A stretch of DNA of 64,000 bases, taken from a virus. Of the stretch, positions 49,495 to 57,627 are shown in pieces. The notes below the pieces were generated by a model. It did not search any database and was not told where the DNA came from. It saw nothing but the letters and a program-made list of their open reading frames with translations. Positions within the stretch are counted from its first letter, which is position 1; each line of letters opens with the position of its first letter. The translations under genes were made by a program, and so were the position numbers. Location: the IMG/VR virus record IMGVR_UViG_3300003654_000069, positions 1-64,000 of that record; one strand, given 5' to 3'.

Positions 49495-50034
49495 TTAAGG
49501 TTTTGTATTAATTCTTAATGTTACAGAATAACAATTTCCAGAAGCACAAAAGGTATTCACTCTTATCAAATAAGTATTAGCAGATAAAAGATTTACAATA
49601 ACTGCAGTATTTGGACCTAAAGGTGACTGAGGTGGTAAAAGAGTCCAAGGGGCTACAGTAAGCAGCTTATACTCTACCTGATAACTTGTAGCTGTAGGAG
49701 ATGATACCCAGGCTATAGCAATACTATTACTAGTAATTTGATAAGGATAAACATAAGGAGAAGATTGACAAGCTGATGCAGGATTAATGCATCCCGGATT
49801 AGTTAACCATATGCTAATCATCTGCATGATTTGAGCTACAGAAGCTCCCTCTGGAAAGTTTGTATCTACAATACTATAATCATTTTGATAGACACATGCC
49901 TGATCTATGAATTCCACACATGTCTGAGGAACCGGACAATTAGGATCAGGTAGACAGGCGCAAGAAGGGACTGTTGTAAAAGGTCCATCTTTACAACCAC
50001 AACCTGGACCAGAACCGCATTTTTTACAAGCCAT
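49495..50034 (-). CDS. 179-aa cysteine-rich fibre or receptor-binding-type protein with a C-terminal FN3-like domain
   Basis: 13 Cys in 179 aa, with N-terminus MACKKCGSGPGCGCKDG. The FN3-like part is listed as a separate feature. Confidence 0.7.
   Translation of the reverse strand: MACKKCGSGPGCGCKDGPFTTVPSCACLPDPNCPVPQTCVEFIDQACVYQNDYSIVDTNFPEGASVAQIMQMISIWLTNPGCINPASACQSSPYVYPYQITSNSIAIAWVSSPTATSYQVEYKLLTVAPWTLLPPQSPLGPNTAVIVNLLSANTYLIRVNTFCASGNCYSVTLRINTKP
49507..49761 (-). other. fibronectin type III-like domain
   Basis: SIAIAWVSSPTATSYQVEYKLL...W...NTAVIVNLLSANTYLIRVNTFC fits the W / Y-x-V-x-Y / L-x-x-x-T-x-Y-x-x-R-V pattern of FN3. Confidence 0.55.
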
Positions 50035-50035
50035 T

Positions 50036-51568
50036 TTATATAGTATTAATTGTAGTTATGAAAGCTTGAGGACAGACAACAGGTGAACCAGAATTTACCT
50101 GAACTGTTATTAAAATATAATAAGTAGTTCCCGGTGTCAATGCTATAAATGTTCCTGATACCGTTGCTGCAAGAGCAGGATTTATTGTAGTTTGACTACT
50201 AATCAGAACATTATCAAGACCATAAATCTCTACTGTATAAGTAACCGGCCCGGTAACAGTATTAACAAAACTGTAATCTATAGTAGTATCAGTAGGAGTA
50301 AGAATAATAGTTTCCTGAGGGCATGGTACAGTGTTAATAATACTATATGTTAAAATCCTTTCACATTGTAATCCACCACAATCAGCACCTGGTGAAGATC
50401 TTACCCAACATCCCTGTATTGAAATTATAAGGTTTGTAGCTACATTAATAGGTGAACCAGAAAGATTTACAACAAAACTTCCGTTTAGATTAGTTATCAC
50501 AGAAACATTTGTTATAAAAATATTACCAGCACCATCAGTTATAGTAACCTGATTACCACTTGGAGAACAATCTACCATTCCTGCAGGAACAGAACCTGTA
50601 AAGTAGAGAGTCAAATTAGTTCCTGTTAATGAAGCTGTAAGATTAATATTTACATCATCACAATCTGTGCAACAACAAGTTTTAAGAATATTAAGAACTG
50701 CAGCTCTCATATCACATATAGCAATCCATTGATTATTAATAGAATCTGCTAGAGTTGAATATTGAGAAGATACTGCCCATCCTGGAAGAGTACCCATTGT
50801 GGTATTCAAATTAGCTAAAGAAGGAGAGATATCAAGATTAGAACACTGTTTCTGAATAGCCAAAAGTATTTCTATAGGAGAACCTGTAACTGATTCAAGT
50901 GTACAAAATTGTGTTTCCAAATTCTGAACTACAGTCTGAATAGGAAAACCACCAGGTGGTGGTGGTCCAAGAAGACAGCTAGATGGAATAAGTATTTCAC
51001 AAGATGGTTCATTTTCAAGAACGGTTACTCTTGCATCAATATTTGATACATTAATATTAGTATTATTAAGACCAGCTGCTATAGTTGCAACCTCTCCAAT
51101 CAAAAGGCAAAGTCTATTACCTATAGCCTGAGCATAGTCAGCCACGGTCATAGTGGTAACCCAGTCTCCAATTGGATTAAGATATCGGAAACAATCAGCT
51201 ATTGGTACATCCTGACCACCCATTCGAGCAGAACCATCCTCAGGACAACACTCTTTACATGTAGGAGGACAACCAGGTTCAAATACACAATTTTCTATTG
51301 CACAGATTCTACCTATTAGAAACTGAATAAGATCATGAAAGTTCTTTGGAGTAGGACAAATAGGGTTAAAACAAGTTAAATCGTAGGTCTTTATGTCTAA
51401 CTGATTAAGAATATCACATAATTCAGTAGCTAGTTTAGCAACTACATCTGATATAGAGTCTCCATGACATAGATTAATGCAAGGAATATCTGGTCCTTGC
51501 CAAATTACACAGTTAGAACTTACAGGATTGCAACCTTGTCCGGAAGTAATATTTGTTGGTAATGCCAT
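50036..51568 (-). CDS. 510-aa cysteine-rich fibre or receptor-binding-type protein
   Basis: 30 Cys in 510 aa, including CCC and CKECC clusters. The C-terminal ~90 aa are FN3/Ig-like (TYTVEIYG...LTPGTTYYILITVQV). Confidence 0.7.
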   Translation of the reverse strand: MALPTNITSGQGCNPVSSNCVIWQGPDIPCINLCHGDSISDVVAKLATELCDILNQLDIKTYDLTCFNPICPTPKNFHDLIQFLIGRICAIENCVFEPGCPPTCKECCPEDGSARMGGQDVPIADCFRYLNPIGDWVTTMTVADYAQAIGNRLCLLIGEVATIAAGLNNTNINVSNIDARVTVLENEPSCEILIPSSCLLGPPPPGGFPIQTVVQNLETQFCTLESVTGSPIEILLAIQKQCSNLDISPSLANLNTTMGTLPGWAVSSQYSTLADSINNQWIAICDMRAAVLNILKTCCCTDCDDVNINLTASLTGTNLTLYFTGSVPAGMVDCSPSGNQVTITDGAGNIFITNVSVITNLNGSFVVNLSGSPINVATNLIISIQGCWVRSSPGADCGGLQCERILTYSIINTVPCPQETIILTPTDTTIDYSFVNTVTGPVTYTVEIYGLDNVLISSQTTINPALAATVSGTFIALTPGTTYYILITVQVNSGSPVVCPQAFITTINTI

Positions 51569-51592
51569 TTGTTATAATTTACTAAATTTTAT

Positions 51593-52126
51593 TTAACCTA
51601 TTATTACTACACGATAAGTTCCAGGTATTGTAGGGTATATACTTAATTGATCTGCCGTCATATCATATATTATACTACAAGTAGATGTAACTTTAACCCA
51701 TTCATTGGTAGTAATATCCAACCACCAAACAGTTATAGCAAAATCAATTACATAAGGTGTATTAATAGAAGAATCAACAATACAAGTTTCTACTAAAGGA
51801 CCACAGGTAGATACATCAGTACCAGTGATTGTTATTGGTATTATTGTCTGGTTTCCTTCTGGATCAGGTATTGATAAAACAACCTCAAATGTTTTAGCAT
51901 ATTTAATTAAGGTAGGAGGACATATACAAATACCAGTTGGACCAGTTGGCCCGATTGCACCTGTGGCTCCGTCAGTTCCATTTGTTCCTGCTAAACCTGT
52001 TGCACCTGTGGGACCAATAGGACCGGTTAATCCAATAGGACCTTCTGGACCCATAGGAGCAGGATATTGATAGCATACCTGACTTGGGCAACAACAGGGA
52101 TTTGAATTACAATTATGACAACTCAT
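51593..52126 (-). CDS. 177-aa collagen-like fibre protein with Cys clusters flanking the triple-helix segment
   Basis: [13 protein letters not shown], then 14 G-X-Y triplets, then GICICPP, then a globular C-terminal domain. Confidence 0.8.
   Translation of the reverse strand: MSCHNCNSNPCCCPSQVCYQYPAPMGPEGPIGLTGPIGPTGATGLAGTNGTDGATGAIGPTGPTGICICPPTLIKYAKTFEVVLSIPDPEGNQTIIPITITGTDVSTCGPLVETCIVDSSINTPYVIDFAITVWWLDITTNEWVKVTSTCSIIYDMTADQLSIYPTIPGTYRVVIIG
51926..52051 (-). repeat. collagen G-X-Y triplet repeat (14 triplets)
   Basis: [40 protein letters not shown]. Confidence 0.9.
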
Positions 52127-52130
52127 TTTA

Positions 52131-52643
52131 TTATAAATTTACTATATGATACAAAATATAAATTTTTATTGTGCCGTCTCCTGTTAAAGAATCTGAACCA
52201 ATTTGAATTAGCAATGGCTCGTTTTCAATTATGTTTAATCCGCCTGTATTTATAAAAGAAGAATTTTTGCGAGTTGCATTACAAACAAAACCAGCATAAT
52301 ATTGCATTTGCATTGTCCCCGAAGGATTTTTTAAATTAATAATACTACTCGTAAACCCCACACTTACAAATGTTTCTGCTATGTTTGCCTCAATAACTAC
52401 TATCGCTTTGCCTGCTCCTGGCGATGGTATCGCTTCAATAGGAATTGAATTTCCTGTTTTGATTTGGTCTGCCATGAGGGAAACAGTAATGCTTTCAAGA
52501 GTAGTACCTGGACCAGCAGGACCCATTGGACCTATTGAACCTAGGATACCTTGAGCACCAGGAGGTCCCATTAGTCCTGGTGGACCTACAATTTGTATTG
52601 TTGATTGGCAACAACAATTATTATTTCCACAATTACAACTCAT
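52131..52643 (-). CDS. 170-aa collagen-like fibre protein (paralogue)
   Basis: [12 protein letters not shown], then about 8-9 G-X-Y triplets ([27 protein letters not shown]), then a globular C-terminal domain. Confidence 0.8.
   Translation of the reverse strand: MSCNCGNNNCCCQSTIQIVGPPGLMGPPGAQGILGSIGPMGPAGPGTTLESITVSLMADQIKTGNSIPIEAIPSPGAGKAIVVIEANIAETFVSVGFTSSIINLKNPSGTMQMQYYAGFVCNATRKNSSFINTGGLNIIENEPLLIQIGSDSLTGDGTIKIYILYHIVNL
52506..52586 (-). repeat. collagen G-X-Y triplet repeat (~9 triplets)
   Basis: Read from the translation of the 170-aa ORF. Confidence 0.85.
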
Positions 52644-53154
52644 AATGATTAACTATATTATATCCGGTTGTTTGATTAGATACTAATGTTATACCTCCAA
52701 AAGTTCCTACTTCTGCAAAAAGAGATAAAGTAGCATTTACAGTATCTATAGTATCAAGATTGTCCGGATCAATACTAATATCGAAAGTTCCACTTGTTCC
52801 AAAAGCATCTTTTATAACCAGAGTATTTCTTTGAGCAAAAATATTACTTGCAGGAAGTAATTGAACTACTACAGATCCTAAACTAGTATCTATTAAAAGT
52901 ACATCTTCATCTCCGACAACTGTATATGTCGTTGCTGGACCTATATCTGGACCTGAAGGTTGACCTATAATATTAACAACCATTATAGGAGGACAAGGAC
53001 ATTCACCTTCAGGACCAATAGGACCTTCTGGACCTATTGGACCTGGATTACCCTGTATACCAGCAGGACCTTGAGGACCCATAGGACCTGGTAACTGATA
53101 CGGAATACTCGGAGTACAATTACAAGGATTCGGATTACAATTATGGCAGCTCAT
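52633..53154 (-). CDS. 173-aa collagen-like fibre protein (paralogue)
   Basis: MSCHNCNPNPCNC, then 10 G-X-Y triplets, then GECPCPP, then a globular C-terminal domain. It overlaps the next gene by 11 nt. Confidence 0.8.
   Translation of the reverse strand: MSCHNCNPNPCNCTPSIPYQLPGPMGPQGPAGIQGNPGPIGPEGPIGPEGECPCPPIMVVNIIGQPSGPDIGPATTYTVVGDEDVLLIDTSLGSVVVQLLPASNIFAQRNTLVIKDAFGTSGTFDISIDPDNLDTIDTVNATLSLFAEVGTFGGITLVSNQTTGYNIVNHYEL
52999..53088 (-). repeat. collagen G-X-Y triplet repeat (10 triplets)
   Basis: GPMGPQGPAGIQGNPGPIGPEGPIGPEGEC. Confidence 0.9.
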
Positions 53155-53192
53155 ACTATAATATAAGGTTTTTTACTGATTAATCAAAGAGG

Positions 53193-54077
53193 TTAACAAA
53201 TTAGTTTTGAAAAATCTGACAATTCTTTCTGAATCCAGATTTTATTAAGATTTTTAGGACAACAAGATTCTATTCCATATTGTTTATACTTAAACATCTC
53301 ATAGGTCATATTTGCAAAGACTTTGTTTGCTTGAATATCACATTCTTTTTCACAAATCCTATAGGTATGCTTATCTATCTCAGGAATACTTGGTTGAAAA
53401 GGAGGTTCCGGTTCTGGAGGTACTGGAGGAAGACAGCATTCACAATCAGGAAAACACTCTATAGTTCCAGTAATAGGAACTTCAACACATGGTTCATGTT
53501 CAAGTCTTTCTGGAACTTCTATTCCAGTAGGAATAGGATCGTCTATTATACAACAGTCTGTAACTTCTACAATATAACATATACAAACTCTTGGAAATTC
53601 TGTTCCTGGTCCACCGGTACATATCCTTATTACTTGTCCTACATATTCAGATAAATCGGTATTTGTTATTATAATAGGAGTTAGACCAGTACAATCAGTA
53701 AGCTTATAACAATCACACTTACAACCCGAAGGACCCCACTCAACTATAATTGATACGCTAATACCACCAACTGTAAATATAACATTTGGTGGATCAATTT
53801 CTACAAAAGGACAAGTTGTGGTTAATGTAATTGTAAAATAACACCAATCACCAATAAGACCACTAGCTACGATAGATATATTAGTTATAGGTAATACTGG
53901 CGGTAAAATAGCAGTTGCAAGAAGAGCATTTATCTCTACTAAGGTTGTTATACCTGGGTCATAATCAACAGTAAAAGGACTTGTATAACCAACAATTTCT
54001 ATTGTATTATTACCTTCTAGAAGACCAATCCGAAAGGATCCTCTATAATAACAACTATTTAGTAAGTGCGATGACAT
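53193..54077 (-). CDS. 294-aa cysteine-rich hypothetical virion protein (start moved to the internal Met)
   Basis: The ORF track starts at 54119 and overlaps the upstream 62-aa gene. The ATG at 54075-54077 (MSSHLLNS) lies 1 nt after that gene's TAA. The product has CxC, CC and CxxC clusters and a Pro-rich stretch (LPPVPPEPEPPFQPS). Confidence 0.65.
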   Translation of the reverse strand: MSSHLLNSCYYRGSFRIGLLEGNNTIEIVGYTSPFTVDYDPGITTLVEINALLATAILPPVLPITNISIVASGLIGDWCYFTITLTTTCPFVEIDPPNVIFTVGGISVSIIVEWGPSGCKCDCYKLTDCTGLTPIIITNTDLSEYVGQVIRICTGGPGTEFPRVCICYIVEVTDCCIIDDPIPTGIEVPERLEHEPCVEVPITGTIECFPDCECCLPPVPPEPEPPFQPSIPEIDKHTYRICEKECDIQANKVFANMTYEMFKYKQYGIESCCPKNLNKIWIQKELSDFSKLIC

Positions 54078-54078
54078 T

Positions 54079-54267
54079 TTATGTATGAGGTGTAAAAGGA
54101 CCTCTAGGAGGTGAAACATATCCTGGTATAGGAGATCCGGATCTTTTAGTAGCGTTATAAGTAGCTACACATTTTGTACAACACATCTTTCCATCAGATG
54201 CTGTAGTTAATTTTGCTCCCGCACATCCTACACAGGATATTCCGCAGTTTGGACATGATTGTGCCAT
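54079..54267 (-). CDS. 62-aa Cys-rich, zinc-ribbon-like small protein
   Basis: CPNC-x4-CVGC ... CCTKC. It is preceded by an AAACCAA-repeat leader. Confidence 0.5.
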   Translation of the reverse strand: MAQSCPNCGISCVGCAGAKLTTASDGKMCCTKCVATYNATKRSGSPIPGYVSPPRGPFTPHT

Positions 54268-54297
54268 AATATTGGTTTATTGGTTTATGTTGGTTTA

Positions 54298-54411
54298 TTA
54301 AGGACTTACTTCTACTATTGTAAGAATATATCCAAAGTATCCGGCAATAGCAATTACTACTGCAATGATTAATACTTTGTACTTTTTCAAAAATGCTTTT
54401 ATTTGTGACAT
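54298..54411 (-). CDS. 37-aa single-pass membrane mini-protein; not in the ORF track because it is under 60 aa
   Basis: My own translation is MSQIKAFLKKYKVLIIAVVIAIAGYFGYILTIVEVSP*. It has a basic N-terminus and a 20-residue hydrophobic core. It nearly fills the otherwise unexplained 172-nt gap (54268-54439) between two genes. Confidence 0.4.
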   Translation of the reverse strand: MSQIKAFLKKYKVLIIAVVIAIAGYFGYILTIVEVSP

Positions 54412-54439
54412 TGTATTGGGTTTTAAGGGGTTAATATTT

Positions 54440-54997
54440 TTAGCAGTCCGGACATCCGCAACCACAAGATAGTTTTTTTAGTTTACCTACTACATAATTA
54501 TACATTTCCATTCCTTTTTTAGGATGATGACAGTACTCTACATTAGCTTTAGCTCCTTTTAGAAGCATCCACAGTTCCTGAAGTTCCCGAATCTGAGACT
54601 TTGTAGGCTCAATAGGTTCACAAGCTGCCAGATCTAAACAACAAAGTAACTTATTTATTTGATTGAGAGCACATGTAATCCGAAGATGGTTATACTCTAC
54701 ATAGACCTGATCGTTAGGAGAAAGGCTGTATCTGATCACATATACCCCATCAGGAAGAGGATTAAACTGAACTCCACAGTTATATATCTGAATTCCGAGC
54801 TCACAGGCATTTAGATTTACCGAAAATCCGGTTTGGATATTAGTTACCACAGAAGGTAACTGAAATCCAGGAAGAGTAACTTCAAGTTTAGGACATTCTT
54901 TAGGAACATCCTCACTATATAAACTAGAATCACATACTTTAAAAGTTACCTCCGATAAGGTATCCGGAATATCAAGAGCAAGAAGATGTTTTGCCAT
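54440..54997 (-). CDS. 185-aa cysteine-rich hypothetical virion protein
   Basis: ORF ending in KKLSCGCGCPDC, with scattered Cys pairs (LLCCLDLAAC). Confidence 0.7.
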   Translation of the reverse strand: MAKHLLALDIPDTLSEVTFKVCDSSLYSEDVPKECPKLEVTLPGFQLPSVVTNIQTGFSVNLNACELGIQIYNCGVQFNPLPDGVYVIRYSLSPNDQVYVEYNHLRITCALNQINKLLCCLDLAACEPIEPTKSQIRELQELWMLLKGAKANVEYCHHPKKGMEMYNYVVGKLKKLSCGCGCPDC

Positions 54998-55012
54998 GTA
55001 GGTTCTTTTAAG

Positions 55013-55046
55013 TAAAAAAGGGGATGAGGTTTTTCCTCACCCCCCT
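55013..55046 (-). terminator. strong rho-independent terminator after the 523-aa gene
   Basis: The minus-strand RNA reads GGGGGUGAGG AAAAA CCUCAUCCCC UUUUUU. This is a 10-bp stem with one G-U pair, a 5-nt loop and a U6 tract, 22 nt after the stop. Confidence 0.8.
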
Positions 55047-55068
55047 TTATTACTGATTTTTATATCAA

Positions 55069-56640
55069 TTACGCAGTAACGGTGATTTGCAGTGCAAAAC
55101 AACCAGTCAGTGCTCCAAATTGGTCAGTAACAGTTACTGTGACATTGGCAGTACCTATATTAGCCAGAATAACAGTACCAGAAATTATTCCAGTATTGGC
55201 ATTAAGAGTTAATCCTGTAAGTAATGTTCCAGTCATAGTAAATCCACCAGTTGCAGGAGGTGTAACTCCAGCAGGTACAGTTACCTGGTAACTATATGCA
55301 ACAGCAGCAACACCTTGTGGGGCTACTGCAGGAATTGCACAACATGGATCTATACAATTTAGGAATTCCATTCCAGAACATGGTCCACATGATGCAGTCC
55401 AGTTAGCTAAGAATGTTTGTAAATTTGTATCAATACCATTTGTGATGATTTCAAGCATGTACTGATCATTATCAAACACTCCACTAGGATTGTTGAAACG
55501 AGGTACATTATGTAACAGATGATATACAGTATAGAAAGAATTTCTATTAATCGCACTAGTTACATCATAACCCTGAGTAATCTCACGGATTCTAAGGTCA
55601 CTACCAGTATAGAAAGGAGTTTGCATGTATGATTCAGAAAGAATCACATCACGAAGGATTGTTTCACCAAAACCCATTCCCTGACGAGGACAGCAGATTG
55701 TTTTTACACAAATTCCGGTAAATGCACATACATCACCTGTATAATCTTCCATTTCTATATAGAGTTTTACAGGCTCTTTTTCAAAGAAGTCAGAAGGATA
55801 GAAAGTGCAGTCTCCGAACTTAGTATCAATATATCCTCCGGCAATGGTCATACCAGCACCAGGAGTAGTAGCGCTACATGCAACTACAGCTACAGGTACA
55901 TAAGCAGCCCATGCGGTAGTATCATTTACACCACCAACAGCTACACCTGATTGGTTATATACAATAACCTGAAGGAATGGAGCTGTGATTGGATTTGTTA
56001 CAAATTCAGTTGCCCATGCAATATATACTGATGTAGGATCTACTGGAAGAGGTAGTAATGCAGTAGGATCACAGCATCCAGTCCACTTTGCAGTAGTTCT
56101 ATATGCATTATGATGCAAATAACGAAGAGCGGGTGATCCCTTGATATCAATTCTTAAGCTGTAACTTTCGTTGCAGAGGAATTGAAAACAGCATCCTTCA
56201 GAACCAGATACAGTAAACGGAGTATTTCCGATACCAAGAACTGATTGATTAGGAAGACATGGGGTCACACGGTACATCCTACTAATGTACTTAGGATTGA
56301 TCATTTTCGATTTAGTTGATTCCTGGTATCCACCAGCAAAAGGACCAATCTTGTCATTCTGGTATAAGGCTGAAGAAGCCAAAACCAGAGGACAGCAAAC
56401 ATAGCCGCCACTAGAAAGATTGGAATTGTTGACATTTGTCTGACCATCAGGAGTGAAGAATCCAAAGGATCCTAATCCGAGGCCAGTTGCTGCTGTTGGT
56501 CCGGGGTTAATCAGACTTGCAGTTGTGTAAGAGTTTGCACCAAAGATGAAACCACTTACATTCTGTGATTGAGCAGCATTTGCTGTCTGCTTTTTCGTTC
56601 CCAGAAAAGATTTGTTAAAGGCATGATTAAAGTAAGCCAT
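55069..56640 (-). CDS. 523-aa abundant-looking Cys-rich virion surface protein with a C-terminal Ig-like domain (alternative capsid or decoration candidate)
   Basis: It has its own upstream gap and A-rich leader and its own strong terminator. 20 Cys. The C-terminal Ig-like repeat is listed as a separate feature. Confidence 0.6.
   Translation of the reverse strand: MAYFNHAFNKSFLGTKKQTANAAQSQNVSGFIFGANSYTTASLINPGPTAATGLGLGSFGFFTPDGQTNVNNSNLSSGGYVCCPLVLASSALYQNDKIGPFAGGYQESTKSKMINPKYISRMYRVTPCLPNQSVLGIGNTPFTVSGSEGCCFQFLCNESYSLRIDIKGSPALRYLHHNAYRTTAKWTGCCDPTALLPLPVDPTSVYIAWATEFVTNPITAPFLQVIVYNQSGVAVGGVNDTTAWAAYVPVAVVACSATTPGAGMTIAGGYIDTKFGDCTFYPSDFFEKEPVKLYIEMEDYTGDVCAFTGICVKTICCPRQGMGFGETILRDVILSESYMQTPFYTGSDLRIREITQGYDVTSAINRNSFYTVYHLLHNVPRFNNPSGVFDNDQYMLEIITNGIDTNLQTFLANWTASCGPCSGMEFLNCIDPCCAIPAVAPQGVAAVAYSYQVTVPAGVTPPATGGFTMTGTLLTGLTLNANTGIISGTVILANIGTANVTVTVTDQFGALTGCFALQITVTA
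55072..55332 (-). other. Ig-like ('putative Ig'/He_PIG-type) domain
   Basis: YSYQVTVPAGVTPPATGGFTMTGTLLTGLTLNANTGIISGTVILANIGTANVTVTVTDQFG matches the Y-x-Y...LP-x-GL-x-L-x-x-x-TG-x-ISGT...V-x-V-x-D pattern. Confidence 0.6.
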
Positions 56641-56730
56641 AGTGTTTGTTTTTTTTAATTTATATAAAGTTTAAGATACATATGTTATAATATACAGTCT
56701 TTTATTGATATCTCCAAATATTTTTTCATT

Positions 56731-57432
56731 TTAATTTGATCTTTCTGCTAATTGGGTTCCTCGACTGAACTGACTACCTGATTCTATGTCTCCTGCCAGG
56801 ATAGATACTGCCTCATCAATTATTAATTCAGTAATATCATCCTTAAATTCAGATTCTACATCAACTGTTGACATAATGTTGGTATAAGGATCTACACAAT
56901 TAGCAACTTGAATTCTGATAGGTTGTCTATAATAGGTTAAAATAGCAGAAGGGATTGTAAATTCACCATTTGTATAAATTCTTGCTTTTTCACCTATGAA
57001 GGTCATAAAGGTTTCTCCCCAGTCAAAACTAGGTTTTTTGTTTACATCTCTTAATAAGACAGCAACATTGGCCTCCTCAGTCTGGTAGACTACCATTCTT
57101 CGATCTGGACAACAATCAGTGGATGCATATGCATCTAATCTTTTAAATTCGAAATAATCTGCCGGTATGACAGCTGTTTCATAATAAACTGGAAAGGGGG
57201 ATAATAGAGGTGTAACTTCCTTAAGTAGTTGTTCCAGATCATCAATTCTCCTTTTGGATTGTTCATCTCCCTGTTTCAGAATATTTGTTCCTGCAAGCTG
57301 TCTTCGACACCATGCTACCTGACTCTTATTAAATGCTTCAACAATCTGCCAACATTCTATATTATCAAAATCCTGAGAATCAAGTTTGTTGATCCGCTGT
57401 TTTACTTTTATTTGAAGTGTTGAATTAAGCAT
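56731..57432 (-). CDS. 233-aa hypothetical protein (head-tail joining position)
   Basis: ORF in the operon. I recognised no motif. Confidence 0.7.
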   Translation of the reverse strand: MLNSTLQIKVKQRINKLDSQDFDNIECWQIVEAFNKSQVAWCRRQLAGTNILKQGDEQSKRRIDDLEQLLKEVTPLLSPFPVYYETAVIPADYFEFKRLDAYASTDCCPDRRMVVYQTEEANVAVLLRDVNKKPSFDWGETFMTFIGEKARIYTNGEFTIPSAILTYYRQPIRIQVANCVDPYTNIMSTVDVESEFKDDITELIIDEAVSILAGDIESGSQFSRGTQLAERSN

Positions 57433-57613
57433 TATCTTTTTTAGATACTTGAAATAATGAAGATTTCTCCTGAGCAGCTAGTCTTTCTTCAGCTCGTTCT
57501 CGGAAGTATGCTAAAGGTTCTTTGGATCCCTTCTTGAGTTCTCTCTTAAATTCTTCTTTCAGAACCATGTATGAACCATTATTAGCATATCTTTTAACTA
57601 GTTCTCTAGCCAT
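57425..57613 (-). CDS. 62-aa highly charged small protein
   Basis: ORF with an 8-nt overlap to the downstream gene. The composition is helical and K/E/R-rich. Confidence 0.5.
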   Translation of the reverse strand: MARELVKRYANNGSYMVLKEEFKRELKKGSKEPLAYFRERAEERLAAQEKSSLFQVSKKDNA

Positions 57614-57627
57614 AATTTTAGTTTTAG

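Noticed and set aside
51825-52070. Plus-strand ORF translating to a Pro/Val/Gly repeat ([14 protein letters not shown]...)
   Set aside because: This is a mirror image of the collagen G-X-Y coding repeat on the minus strand. The periodicity is inherited from the GGN/NCC triplets and is not independent coding.
53193-54119. The 308-aa ORF as given in the track, overlapping the 62-aa gene by 41 nt
   Set aside because: The internal ATG at 54077 starts 1 nt after the upstream TAA and gives a compact, non-overlapping arrangement. The extra 14 N-terminal residues (MFHLLEVLLHLIHK) look like read-through of the upstream gene's antisense-independent frame.
49495-56640. Diversity-generating retroelement targeting the fibre or receptor-binding genes
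   Set aside because: I looked for a reverse transcriptase (YxDD-type motif) and for a template/variable repeat pair differing at adenines. I saw neither in this window. I cannot exclude one elsewhere in the genome.
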